This document shows, in pieces, positions 1 through 12,938 of a DNA stretch of 64,000 bases. The notes beneath the pieces are model-generated. The model did not search any database and was not told where the DNA came from. It saw only the letters and a program-made list of their open reading frames with translations. The first letter of the stretch is position 1, and each line of letters starts with the position of its first letter. The DNA is from the human T2T-CHM13v2.0 reference genome, Homo sapiens, in assembly GCF_009914755.1 (NCBI RefSeq), contig NC_060928.1; one strand, given 5' to 3'. The translations under genes were made by a program, and so were the position numbers.

Positions 1-506
1 TCTGAAACTGCGATAGAACTGGTTTTCAAATAGCCCCTGTTCCCTAAGAAAACAAAAGAAACAACTGCAAAGAACCCTCCTCCATCATCCTCACCCTCCC
101 TAGAAGCCAGGACTCAAGTTGTGTATAGATCAGGACACAGTCAACAGCTTCCAGAAAGGGATAGAGCAGCTTAAAGTCACTTCTGACTTCAAACAGAAGC
201 AAGCAAGTCCCTCTTCCCTTCAAATAGAAGCAAGCAAAATCAACTGCCCCTGTGTTTTCCTATCAATTTATTTCACTCTTAGAAACTGACCTCCAACATG
301 GATGATGGGGACCGACTTGTGGGGAACGTATAAGGATGACTGTCAAGCCAGCACCAATGTCCGTGCACACAGCCATGCACAGCCTGATGTTCTGTGATTC
401 AGCCCTCAGCAGGGCTCCTTTGCTGTGATTGTCAGAGGTTTGGGAAGGTCTGGGGCTGAGTGGGGTCTGGGGCAAGCTCCAGAAAGAGTCACCAGCAGCA
501 ACTTAC

Positions 507-758
507 CCATGAAGTAGGTGGTGGTCTTGCAAACGGCGCTCCCGAAGATGAAATCCTTGAGCAGATTGGGGATGAGGTTGAACGGCATGCAGAAGAGACA
601 GAGCATGAGGTCGCTGACAGCCAGGGAGAGGAGGAAGATGTTGGTGACCGTCCGCATCCGCTTGTTCCGAATCAGCACGGTGATGACCAGCGTGTTTCCC
701 AGCACGCTGAGCAGGAATATCAAGGAGTACAAGAGAATCTGCACCGCTGGCTGCCACT
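507..758 (-). CDS. CCKAR: CCKAR coding exon 2 (TM1, TM2, start of TM3 of a class A GPCR)
   Basis: Acceptor TTTCTCTCTGCAG|AG and donor ATGG|GTAAGT; 252 nt, in frame with exon 1. Encodes EWQPAVQILLYSLIFLLSVLGNTLVITVLIRNKRMRTVTNIFLLSLAVSDLMLCLFCMPFNLIPNLLKDFIFGSAVCKTTTYFM, with GN and LAxxD GPCR motifs. The remaining exons lie to the left of the window. Confidence 0.98.
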
Positions 759-1429
759 CTGCAGAGAGAAACAGGAGCAAGACGGAGGGATGGAGGTGAT
801 GACAGCAGAATGCTAAAACCGAAGCCAAGGGTGAATTCCTGCCGATTTTCCCCCCACCGGGGTGTACATCACTGGACCCACGATTCCTGTCCTGGCAACA
901 TTTTGCGGAAACAAATTGAGGAAAGCAGAGACTGAATTATTTTCTTTTTAGAAGGTTGGTTTGTTAAAGGATCACTCAGGGAACCACTTTTTCTTAAGAA
1001 CAAAGCTCCTCAAGTGAACAGTGATCACTTTCTTTCCTGGCTGCTAAGCATTATTTCACTTTAATCACTTCATGCTGGGTTTCCCCCCAAGAAAAGAAAA
1101 CAGCTGCATGGTGACAACACCTTTTCTGCTGTGCTTGTAAGTTCAGGCTTTGACACTTGTAGTCCCTCTTGCTTCACTCAGCTTTTCCTCCCCTGCTTTT
1201 GTTCCCCCAAGTCCTATTCATGAATGCCCAACTCCCCCATGGGGGACAATAAGAATATTTGACTCTATTCTGCTTTTTAATCTCTTCTCCAAACTTCTGA
1301 ACATATGACTTTATCTAGCCTTGTCTCACAATGACTTGGTTATATATATTTTTTATCAGCCTTGCCTTTGCTGATTTCTCCCACAACTCAATAGTTTCCT
1401 GAATTAAAATAACAGCTTCCGACACTTAC

Positions 1430-1541
1430 CTTTGGAAGGACGGGGCTGATCCAAGCAGAAAAGCGTCTCATTTTCGAGCCCGAGTTCACAGGGAGGAGTG
1501 ATGTTGCTTCCATTCACAAGAAGGCTGTCAACCACATCCAT
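1430..1541 (-). CDS. CCKAR: CCKAR coding exon 1 (N-terminal extracellular domain)
   Basis: ATG at 1541-1539 in a strong Kozak context (AGGATGG). Translates MDVVDSLLVNGSNITPPCELGLENETLFCLDQPRPSK, then a phase-1 donor AAAG|GTAAGT. 112 nt; matches the human CCK1R N-terminus as recalled. Confidence 0.97.
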
Positions 1542-1760
1542 CCTTGCCTGCTGCTTTCCACCAAGTGCTGGAGAGCTGGTGAATTGCTCACTCCCGGCTC
1601 ATTCCTCTAATGACCGAAGCGTCTCGCAGATGCAACCTGCCGTGGAGGAGCAGGGAGGGAGTGATTTCCAGGTGTGGGCTTTTTCAGCCATTCCTAAAGG
1701 CGACTTGAGTTCACCTCACTCACTCCAGCATTTGTACTCCTGTTGTGGAAAAGGCAGTGA
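1542..1760 (-). other. CCKAR: CCKAR 5' UTR (approximate) containing uORFs
   Basis: Sequence between the ATG and the GC-box region. The TSS cannot be determined from sequence; about 200 nt upstream of the ATG is my recollection. uATGs at 1602, 1691 and 1731. Confidence 0.6.
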
Positions 1761-1769
1761 GCACAAGCC

Positions 1770-1830
1770 AAGCCCGCTCCACCTTCACCCCGCCCCACCT
1801 CCCCCGGCCCTTTCCTGGGCCAGTCTTAGG
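1770..1830 (-). promoter_or_regulatory. CCKAR proximal promoter GC box / CACCC box (Sp/KLF), G4-compatible
   Basis: Minus strand reads GGGCCGGGGGAGGTGGGGCGGGGTG at 1786-1810 and includes GGGGCGGGG. No obvious TATA box nearby. Confidence 0.65.
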
Positions 1831-1888
1831 GCCCTGAGTACAGACAGCCTGGCTACCCGTTAACCATTCTCAGCGTGTGGCTGCTTTT

Positions 1889-1930
1889 TACACACATGTG
1901 TACATATGCACGGACACACACACACACACA
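1889..1930. repeat. (CA)n / alternating purine-pyrimidine microsatellite
   Basis: tacacacatgtgtacatatgcacggacacacacacacacaca. Confidence 0.85.
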
Positions 1931-2465
1931 GAGGCTTCCCCAGTACTCCTCTATATAGGAACCCGTCACCATCCCAGACATATGCAGAAGAAAGCCCAAA
2001 CCGGCTGTGTGAGACAGGAACAATTAACACGGTAACAGATCCGATAATGCAGACCATCAGGCCTAAAGAACACGGAGGGACTGTGTTCTACCTCCTTATA
2101 GAAAAGCAATTAGTGCCTTTTTAGCTTTGGAACCATGCCCGGTGGTGTGTGTGTGGACAGAACTGCTGGCTGGTTGTTAAGTTGCTACTAAACACAGTGT
2201 TGTTTCTCGTGGTCTCTGCCCTTGTTAACTAGGATTGAGGCACTTTTGAACATAGGTACCTGGGTCCTTATTACAAAAGACGTTAGTGAGATTTCCTCTT
2301 CATTCATGAAGCCTTGCATTCAGCACATCTTCATTGAGAGTCAATCATTTGCCAGGCACTTTTCTAGCATGTCAGCAAATAATGAGCAGAATTATTTCAG
2401 GTAGTAAGTACTACAAAGGGAGTAAAGCAGGGAGATGTGATGTATACAAACAGATTAGGGGCTGA

Positions 2466-2757
2466 TTTTTTGGGGGGCGGGGACAGGGTCTTGCTCTGTT
2501 CCCCAGGCTGCAGTGGAGTGGCGCGATCATGGCTCACTGCAGCCTTGCTCCCTGGCTCAAGCAATCCTCCTACCTTAGCCTCCTGAGTAGCTGGGACTAC
2601 AGGCACACACCACTAAGCCCAGCTGATTTTTTTAGTTTTAGAAGAGAGGAGGTCTCGCTATGTTGCCCAGGCTGGTCTCAAGCTCCTGAGCTCAAGCAAT
2701 CCTCCTGCCTTGGCCTCCCAGTGTTGGCATTACAGGCGTGAGCCACTGCACCTGGCC
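2466..2757 (-). mobile_element. Alu (AluJ-like) within a degraded L2 fragment
   Basis: Antisense Alu dimer with J-type 'ggctcaagcaatcctcc'; the flanks resemble an L2 3' region. Confidence 0.9.
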
Positions 2758-3513
2758 TGGGGCTGCTGATTTAGAAGGGGTAGTCAGGAGAGGTCTCTTA
2801 AGGAGGGGACTGTGATCTGAGACTGAACCACAAGAAGGACAAAGTCTTGTGAAGATCCCAAGACAGCTTCTCCCAGGCAAAAGGAGGAGCACTTTTAGCA
2901 GAGGTAACAGCAAGTGCAAAGGCCCTGAGGTGGGAATGAGTGTGGCCCCATTGAGGTACAAATAGATAGAAGTAGGAGTGAGTGAGAGGCAAACAGCAGG
3001 ACGTGAGATCAGAGAGGGGGGCCATCTCAGGGTCCTGGGTGTTCCATGAAGCTCTGTGGTGCTGGAAAGCCCTTCAACCTCCATTGCACAGATTATGTCC
3101 TCAGTTCAGACCCTTTGGAAAGCAGACGACAATGGCTGTGAAACCTGCGTTTCTGACGCCCTGCTTGGCTGTGCTGAGACTTGGTCCATTTGCTAGATAC
3201 CCGTGGGGCTCCTTGTGTACTGACAATGCTTCCACTGGCAGAGCTGCATGCTACATCTTGCTGAGTCTCTGCCAGACACAGAGGAACTAACGCATTTTTA
3301 CTGTCAGTGTGGGGCTGGAAAGACAGTGGTGCCTCTTTTCTTTGAAACCATGAAGACCACATGGTTTGGGGCATTTAGTCACAGAAACAAGAAGGGGAAG
3401 GGACACTGGAGAAGCTGTGGATGTTATTGGGAGGACAGGCTTTGGCATCAGACAGACTTGGGATCAAATCCTGGCTTCACTGGTTACCTGCTAGGAAATA
3501 CTGGGCAAATTAG

Positions 3514-4199
3514 TTTCCTTCCTTCCTTCCTTCCTTCCTTCCTTCCTTCCTTCCTTCCTTCCTTCCTTCCTTCCTTCCTTCCTTTCCTTTCCTTTCTTCC
3601 CTCCCTTCCTCCTTTCTTTCTCTCTCTCTTTCTTTCCTTTCTTCCCTCCCTCCCTCCTTTCTTTTTCTCTTTCTTTCTTTCTCTCTTTCTTTCTTTCTTT
3701 CTTTCCCTTCCTTCCTTCCTTCCTTTCCTTTCTTCCCTCCCTTCCTCCTTTCTTTCTCTCTCTCTTTCTTTCCTTTCTTCCCTCCCTCCCTCCTTTCTTT
3801 TTCTTTCTTTCTCTCTTTCTTTCTTTCTTTTCCTTCCTTCCTTCCTTCCTTCCTTCCTTCCTTCCTTCCTTCCTTTCCTTTCTTCCCTCCCTTCCTCCTT
3901 TCTTTCTCTCTCTCTTTCTTTCCTTTCTTCCCTCCCTCCCTCCTTTCTTTTTCTCTTTCTTTCTTTCTCTCTTTCTTTCTTTCTTTCTTTTCCTTCCTTC
4001 CTTCCTTTCCTTTCTTCCCTCCCTTCCTCCTTTCTTTCTCTCTCTCTTTCTTTCCTTTCTTCCCTCCATCCCTCCTTTCTTTTTCTCTTTCTTTCTTTCT
4101 TTCTCTCTTTCTTTCTTTCTTTCTTTTCCTTCCTTCCTTCCATCCATCCTTCCTTCCTTCCTTCCTTCTTTCTTCTTTCTTTCTTTTTTTTTTTTTTTC
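3514..4199. repeat. ~680-bp polypyrimidine tract ((CTTC)n/(CTTT)n with a higher-order repeat), abutting an Alu tail
   Basis: Almost only C/T on the + strand; a ~120-150 nt composite unit recurs about 4 times. Confidence 0.95.
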
Positions 4200-4480
4200 T
4201 GAGACGAAGTCTTGCTCTGTTGCCCAGGCTGGAGTGCAGTGGCATGAGCTAGGGTCACTGCAAACTCCACCTCCCAATCGCAAGCAATTGTCGTGCCTCA
4301 GCCTCCCAAGTAGCTGGAATTACAGGTATGCACCACCAGAACCAGCTAATTTTTGCATTTTTAGTAGAGACGGGTTTCACCAAATTGGCCCGGCTGGTCT
4401 CAAGTTGCTGACCTCAAGTTATCCAATCGCCTTGGCCTCCCAAAGGGCTGGGATTACAGGTGTGAGCCACTGCGCCCAGC
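4185..4480 (-). mobile_element. Alu (AluS-like) inserted in a MIR
   Basis: Full antisense Alu; MIR-like sequence at ~3435-3513 resumes at ~4481-4610. Confidence 0.92.
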
Positions 4481-5995
4481 CTGAGCAAGTTTCTTAACCT
4501 AAGACTCATTTCCATCTGTCAAATGGGGATCAGAATGATTTAATAGATATTTGTTATGAAGATTGAACGATTGACTCAATAGAGTGTCTGACATACAAAA
4601 AATGTTCAATAAATCACAGGCAGCAGTATTCATAGCCTTCCTACGATAATGGCTATTTTCGTTTTACAAATGAGAAGGCTGGGACTCACAGTGGCCATAT
4701 GCTTTGCTGGTGAGAACCAGTGGTGGATTTCCCCTCGAGGACCCTGCAGACCCCATCCTCACGCCACTTCCCATGGCATGGAGCTTTCCTTCCCTATTCT
4801 AGCATCATGTAGCCTGTTTGGAGCCAGGGCTCTCGTCTCTCTTCCTCCTTCCTGCTATGAGTCCTTTTGTCTGAATCTTCCCTGTCTACAGATGATGGAC
4901 CCTGCTCACTGGGCGATGACCCAGAGCAGCTGTGTTCTGATGTGGGAAGGGATGAGCATCCAGGGTTTTGGCTGCTGCTTCAACTGCTCCAGCTGGGCAG
5001 ACATCACCAGCCATTCAGGGTGCCTCCTGCTGAGGCTTGTCAGGCCCATCAGCACCTGCTTCAAAAGCTGGGGGGACAGTGGTTCTGTAAGTCCAAGAAC
5101 CAGAAGAGCAGAGGGCTGGGCATTGACCTGCCCTGAACCAAAATGGAGTCCAATTTGGGACAAGTTTCTCCTTTCCCTTCCCTTCCCTTCCCTTTCCCTT
5201 TTTCCTATTCTGTTTCTTCCTCCTGCTCATTGGTTGGCAGGAAGTGAGAGTGGGAGATGTGGTGGATGCTAGTGATTTTGTCAACTCATGGTTGGGGGGA
5301 TGGCAGCATATTTGAGTGCTATTTTGTACAAACTTTACTGCACAGCTGAATTACCTGGATTACCTGGGTTAGTGGTTTAAAAATGGTGATTTCCAGACTT
5401 TCCTCCTGGAGATTCTGATCCTCAGCCCCGAGCCTGGAAATCTGCATTTTTATCCAGCATCCCTGGGGATTTGGAGACCTGTGATCTCAGGATCACTTGT
5501 GGGGAAACTCCCTGGGAACCATTAAGAGGGTGAGGGGAGCTATCAGAAGGCAGAAATTGAAGCCTGATCTTCACCCCTGGCTGGCTGGGAAGCATGAACA
5601 AAGAAATTACTTAACCTTTTTGAGTCTCAGCTTGCTCATCTGTAAAATAGAGATAAAATAATGCTACTATAAATAAAACAATACATGGAGACAACTCAGA
5701 ACAATGCCTGGAACATCGTGCTGGATACTATTTGTTATTATTAATGGGTAAGATTAATTCTAGGGATGCTCTATTTATCTCATTTTCATGGCCATATTAA
5801 GGGCTTGTATTAATATCTTCAATACCCTACCACAATATCTGGCATATAGTATGTGCTTTGTAAATATGAACGAATAAACAGTAAAAATTAGAGGAGCCAA
5901 TATTTCATTGCTTATTACACCAATTGATAATTCTATTCCACTGATTCCTTTTCTGGCCATCTCTGGATTTTTTACTTTGAATTTGTGAGCCCATG

Positions 5996-6360
5996 TGATA
6001 TGCTTTGTCTGTGTCCCCACCCAAATCTCATCTTGAATTGTAGCTCCCAAAATTCCCACTTGTGGTGGGAGGGACTGGATGGGAGGTAATTGAATCATGA
6101 GACTGGGTCTTTCCCTTGCTGTTCTTGTGATAGTGTATAAGTCTCATGAGAGCTAATGTTTTTATAAAGGGGAGTTCCCTTGCGCATGCTCTCTCTTGCC
6201 TGCCGCCATGTAAGATGTGACTTTGCCCCTCATTCGCCTTCCACCATGATTGTGAGGTCTCCCCAGCCATGTGGAACTGTGAGTCCATTAAACTTCTTTT
6301 CTTTATAAATTACCCAGTCTTGGGTATATCTTTATTAGCGCATGAAAACAGACTAATACA
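5996..6360 (+). mobile_element. THE1B-type MaLR solo LTR
   Basis: TGATATG...GTGTCCCCACCCAAATCTCATCTTGAATTG...GACTAATACA; 365 bp; TSD ccatg/ccata. Confidence 0.92.
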
Positions 6361-7015
6361 CCATATGACCTAAGAGTTCAACTAACAAAAGAGAATTGCA
6401 GTGAAAGATTCCAATGCACTTTCAAGGGAAAAGTTGATGCACTTCCAGAGTGTCAGCCCTTGTTTCATTCCTCAACATACATTATAGCGAGTGCATCATA
6501 AGTGCCAGGTGCTGTATTTGGTGCTAGGGATTTTGTGAGCCAAGTGGATGGAATTTCTGTCCTCATAAAATGGCTGTCCTCTGTGGGACACAGAAGATGA
6601 GTAGCTGGGCAAAGTGGAAATGCCTTCTCACCTTGGAGACCTAACCTGTGATTAGGCACAGTTCCAGGTGAATTGATGCAAATGGACTAAATTGAATTGG
6701 AATGGCATAAATGCCTCCCCTCTCTCTGAGACACACACAGACACACAGGGCATAAGCCTACATGCCTCCTGCAGTCCACAAAACTCTTTCAGTATTGGGG
6801 ACTCTCTTCTATGTCAAACCCTGCCCTGGAAGGAAAAGACATGAGCAATCTCCATGGGTTCCTGGATGATAAAATTATTAACTGTTCTCCAAGCTATTCT
6901 CCATGTTAAGAAACAGTTGTTCTAAAACACCTAAAGGATTTATATGTACTTTCCCCCTCACGATGATATTAATCACATGCTAATTGCAAATTTTTTAAAA
7001 ATAAAGAAAAATAAT

Positions 7016-7318
<303 letters not shown>

Positions 7319-8477
7319 ATAAAGAAAAATAGGTATAAATATAACACAAATATATTTTGGGGCCCTACATGATTCATTCTTAATGTGGTGCCACTTTCAG
7401 AGAAACTCAGACACTCAGAGGTAGTGAACAGGCAATTTCATGTTATGGGAGACTCAATTCATATGGCAGCCTGACATTTCTTAAAATTCTCTCGCCTCTC
7501 TGCAGTTTCTCCGTACACTCTGCTGCTCAGATTGTCATTCCCTGAATTCCTCATTCCTCACTCTATTCCCAAACTCACTCAGAGTGCCACTTGCTAGGGT
7601 TTTTCTGTTTTCCTCCTTCTAGCCTTCTCAGCCTTCTGGAACTGGCTGACTGGGACTTCTCTTCCTCACTGCACGCTGGCCAAGCTTGGTTGCTCTGGGA
7701 AAAGTTAATGCACTGAGGCTCTCGCGCACCCCTGGTGCCCACAGAAGGCAGCTTGCAACCACCCTTTCAAGTTCTTCCCCCACGGCTGCCCTCCTTGGAA
7801 AAAGCATAGTGGACCTTTGCTGTTGAATAGATCCCTTCTCCTTGAACAGAGGAAAGCCAGTACTGTGTCTACTTGGAGATGTCACTTAGCAAACTGGAGC
7901 TGGGCTTTGGGCAAGCAGTTTTGCCTCTCTGAGTCTCCATTTCCTCAACTGTAAAATGGATTTGCAGCGAGAACGCACACCTCAGAGCAGCTGGGACCTT
8001 TCTTCTCACAATGTGTGTGTGTGTGAAGCACCCAGGAGAGCACTTTGCATGTCATAGGGGCTCAATAAATGATAATAACAAGCAAAAAATATATTGATAG
8101 GAACATTAAAACCAACTCTGATACCACTGTCTCAAGATAACCTTTGTTAATGGTTTGGTGATTATCCATTCAGACTTTTCCTCTAAATACATTCTTAAAA
8201 AAAGAGAGAACTGGAATAATACTCTATATACCGTAATTATTCTACTTACCAATTTTTTTGAAAATGTAATTTTAAGATAAATTTTTTCTCTCAAAATGAG
8301 AACTATGGTTTTTGCAGCATAATGGAAAAATGTATTTTTTAAAAAAATTTAGATAAGAAAGTAAAAACATCTATAACCCTATCATCCGGAGAATTTAAAA
8401 AATGTTTTATATACATCCATCATATTTTGTATATTTATTTTGCATATGTCTTTTCTTCACTTAACATTACTCCATGA

Positions 8478-8777
<300 letters not shown>

Positions 8778-9035
8778 AATATTTAGGTTTTATTGTTAGC
8801 TTTTTGTTTTCAAAAGGGAACACATACACACATATTTTTGTGACATTTGATGTACATTGGTAACTTCAGGGCTGCCATCAGCCCAATTACAGCATTCACA
8901 CTGAATGCAATGCAAATGTAACCTCATAAAGTTGTCCACGCAAGGTGCATGATCCCCTGGAGCTGGTTACCTGGCAGGCCTGGGCAACTGCTTTCCAAAA
9001 AAATCATACTATTTTATAAGGCTGCTACTTAATAG

Positions 9036-9645
<610 letters not shown>

Positions 9646-9652
9646 TTTCTAG

Positions 9653-10229
<577 letters not shown>

Positions 10230-10789
10230 AAGGGCAATATGCAGGTCTTTTATGTTCAGAGATGCTCACTATTTCCCGCCTTTGTTTACTAGTTGCATTT
10301 CTTCTTTACCAAAATCTAAGATAAGCCAGAGCATCTTTTAGGAATTCTGTGCTTTGCCCATTTCTTTATACCATCAACAAATATTTATTGAACATCTGCT
10401 CTGTAGCAGGAACTGGGGCAGATGCTGTTCACCGTGGCAAACAAAACAAATTCCCTTCCTTTACCGAGCTCTCATTCTATGAGGGACACACAATAAACAA
10501 ATAACTGAATAGAGTTTTATGCCAGAGAGTGTAAAGGGCTGTGAAGGGAAACAAAGTGGGTTTAGGGATGGAGAGTGATGGGTCATCAAGAAGGCCTTTC
10601 TGAGGGAAAGAGTCTCAGGACAGTCTTGGAGAAGATCATTCCAGACAGGGCAGTTATTGCGGTCTTAATGTTTTTCTCATCACCTGATACGAGCTCTGAA
10701 GAACTGAGAATGATGTTTAATTTGCAAATCACTGTCATAAACTGCAATGTATGTGTGTGGCAGAAACTCCTTCCCTTCTCTTTTTACTT

Positions 10790-11570
10790 AGTAATAGGGT
10801 GTCCCATTTTTAATTGGGTACACAACTGCCTAGCATTAATAATAATATTTTCCTGCCTCCTTTGCAGCTAGATAGGGCCATGTGACTAAGTTCTGACCAC
10901 TCAGAACTTAGGTAGGCAGAAATGAACATGTAGCTTCTGGAAAGCATCTTTACAAAGAGGGAGCATGCCCTTTTCTTTCCTTTTCATCTTTCCTCTGGCT
11001 AGAATGAAGATGTGACCGCTGGAGCTGGAGATACTATCTTGTACCATGAGATGGGTGCCTGTGTTGGATGGAATGAAACAAGACACTTGAGGAGCCTGGA
11101 TTCCTGACAATCTTATTTATTTATTTATTTATTTATTTATTGAGACAGGGTCTCACTTTGTCACCCAGGCTGGAGTGCAGTGGCGTGACCTCGGCTCACT
11201 GCAACCTTAACCCCCTGGGTTCAAGTGATTCTCGTGCCTCAGCCTCCTGAGTAGCTGGGATTACAGGCACACACCACCATGCCTGGCTCATTTTTTTGTA
11301 TTTTTAGTAGAGACGGGGTTTCACCATGTTGGCCAGGCTAGTCTTGAACTCCTGATCTCAAGTGATCCACCTGCCTCAGCCTCCCAAAGTGCTGGGATTA
11401 CGGGCGTGAGCCACTGCACCCGGCCCTGGCAATCTTAGAATTGGTATATTAGCTAGACCTAAACTGCTTACCTTTAAACTTCATTAATGTAAGGAAGAAA
11501 AATTGATTTTATTTCAAAAAGCCAATGCTGTTATTGATTTTCTGCCTCTCTCAGCCTAATTTGAACAGAA
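10790..11570 (+). mobile_element. Old ERVL-type LTR (LTR33/LTR16-like) interrupted by an Alu
   Basis: 'cctgcctcctttgcagctagatagggccatgtgactaagttctgacca' motif; family uncertain. Confidence 0.5.
11113..11425 (-). mobile_element. Alu (AluSx/Sz-like)
   Basis: (TTTA)n tail; TSD ctg(a/g)caatctta. Confidence 0.93.
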
Positions 11571-11774
11571 ACACTGTAAATGAGAGTCTGCATATTTTAG
11601 TTTCTAGTCTTTTTTTCTCACACTACTCCACAGCTATTAATATAGTCTGGATACATCACGGTAGCTTTCGCATCAACGCTGGTGATATTTCCAACATTGG
11701 TTGGGACATGGTGATATTTCCCCGGCTCAGTGTGCCTGTCTGATTCCTTACCACCTCATCAGAGTCGACTATTC

Positions 11775-12225
11775 CTTTTTAACTTTATTTTTATTTTTGT
11801 AGAGATGAGATCTTACCATGTTGCCCAGGCTGGTTTCGGACTCCAGGCCTCAAGTGATCCTTTCACCTCGGCCTCCCAAAGTGCTGGGATTACAGGTATG
11901 AGTCATTGCACCTAGCCCAGAGTCTACTATTCTTATTTGTTTTGAAATATCACCTCTCTCTGTCACCCAGGCTGGAGTGCAGTGATGCAATCTCAGCTCA
12001 CTACAGCCTCTGCCTCCTGCGTTCAAGCAATTCTCCTGGCCCAGTCTCCTGAGTAGCCGGGACTGCAGGCACGTGCCACCACTCCCGGCTAATTTTTGTA
12101 TTTTTAGTAGAGATGGGGTTGCGTCATATTAGCCAGGCTGGTTTCAAACCCCTTACCTCAAGTGATTCACCCGCTTTGGTCTCCCAAAGTGCTGGGATTA
12201 CAGGCGTGAGTCACTGCACCCGGCC
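11775..12225 (-). mobile_element. Alu left monomer (FLAM-like, ~11775-11917) plus full Alu (~11933-12225)
   Basis: Both antisense; separated and flanked by three copies of cagagtc(g/t)actatt. Confidence 0.85.
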
Positions 12226-12938
12226 CAGAGTCTACTATTATTTAGGGCCCAACTCCAATCCACCTCCCAGCAGCCTCCTCCAGTTTACAGCCCTCATTGC
12301 TGGGTTTTTTCTCTCAACCTCCACAGCCCTTACCACGAATTCCACTCACTGGGACTTAATCAAGTGGTCTTGTCCTTTCATGGGTTGAAGACAAATTTCT
12401 GCCTCATTTTTCCACTTTTGTCTATCTCTCCTGCTGTTGCCCTAGTGCACGTGATCCTCACCTCTCCCAGGGGGAATTGCTGGAGGTCCCCGCTTTCCCT
12501 ATGACTCCTCCAGTCCCTCCTCCATGCAGTAGCCTGTGTGGTGTTTTAAAAATAGCAGCCAGAATGTCATTCCCTACTTGACTTTGCAGACCTTTCTGGT
12601 GAGTCCCTCAACGACCTGGACGGCCCCTGCCTCCCTCTGTGGCCTCACCTTACACTCTTCCTCACCCCATCTCCTTTCTGTGTGTGCTATAGACTTGCTT
12701 CTCCCCCGTGCCATGCTCTTAGCGCACTCCCTTCCTCTCACCTGGAGTCATCACACATGTTTTCTGTCTGTCTGGACTGTCCTACCCTCATGAATTCCCA
12801 CCCACCAATGCCCTTCCTCAGGGAAATCTGTCTTTGGACTTAGACTAAAACAAGTTTCCCCATTGGCTGCCCACACAGGTCCCTGGTCTTTTCTTTAGCA
12901 GTCCTTACTGTGGTTTGTAATATTGATTTGTGTATTTG

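Noticed and set aside
406-828. 140-aa ORF as a stand-alone protein, and the overlapping antisense ORFs
   Set aside because: It is CCKAR exon 2 read through into both introns. Splice sites at 507 and 758 define the real exon, and the other frames are shadows.
3248-4283. Long ORFs of 253-334 aa (F/L/S/P-rich or K/E/R/G-rich)
   Set aside because: Artefacts of the stop-free CT/GA low-complexity tract plus Alu; no coding features.
4649-5272. 207-aa ORF upstream of CCKAR
   Set aside because: Starts in MIR-like sequence, includes a simple repeat and has no recognisable domain; consistent with chance.
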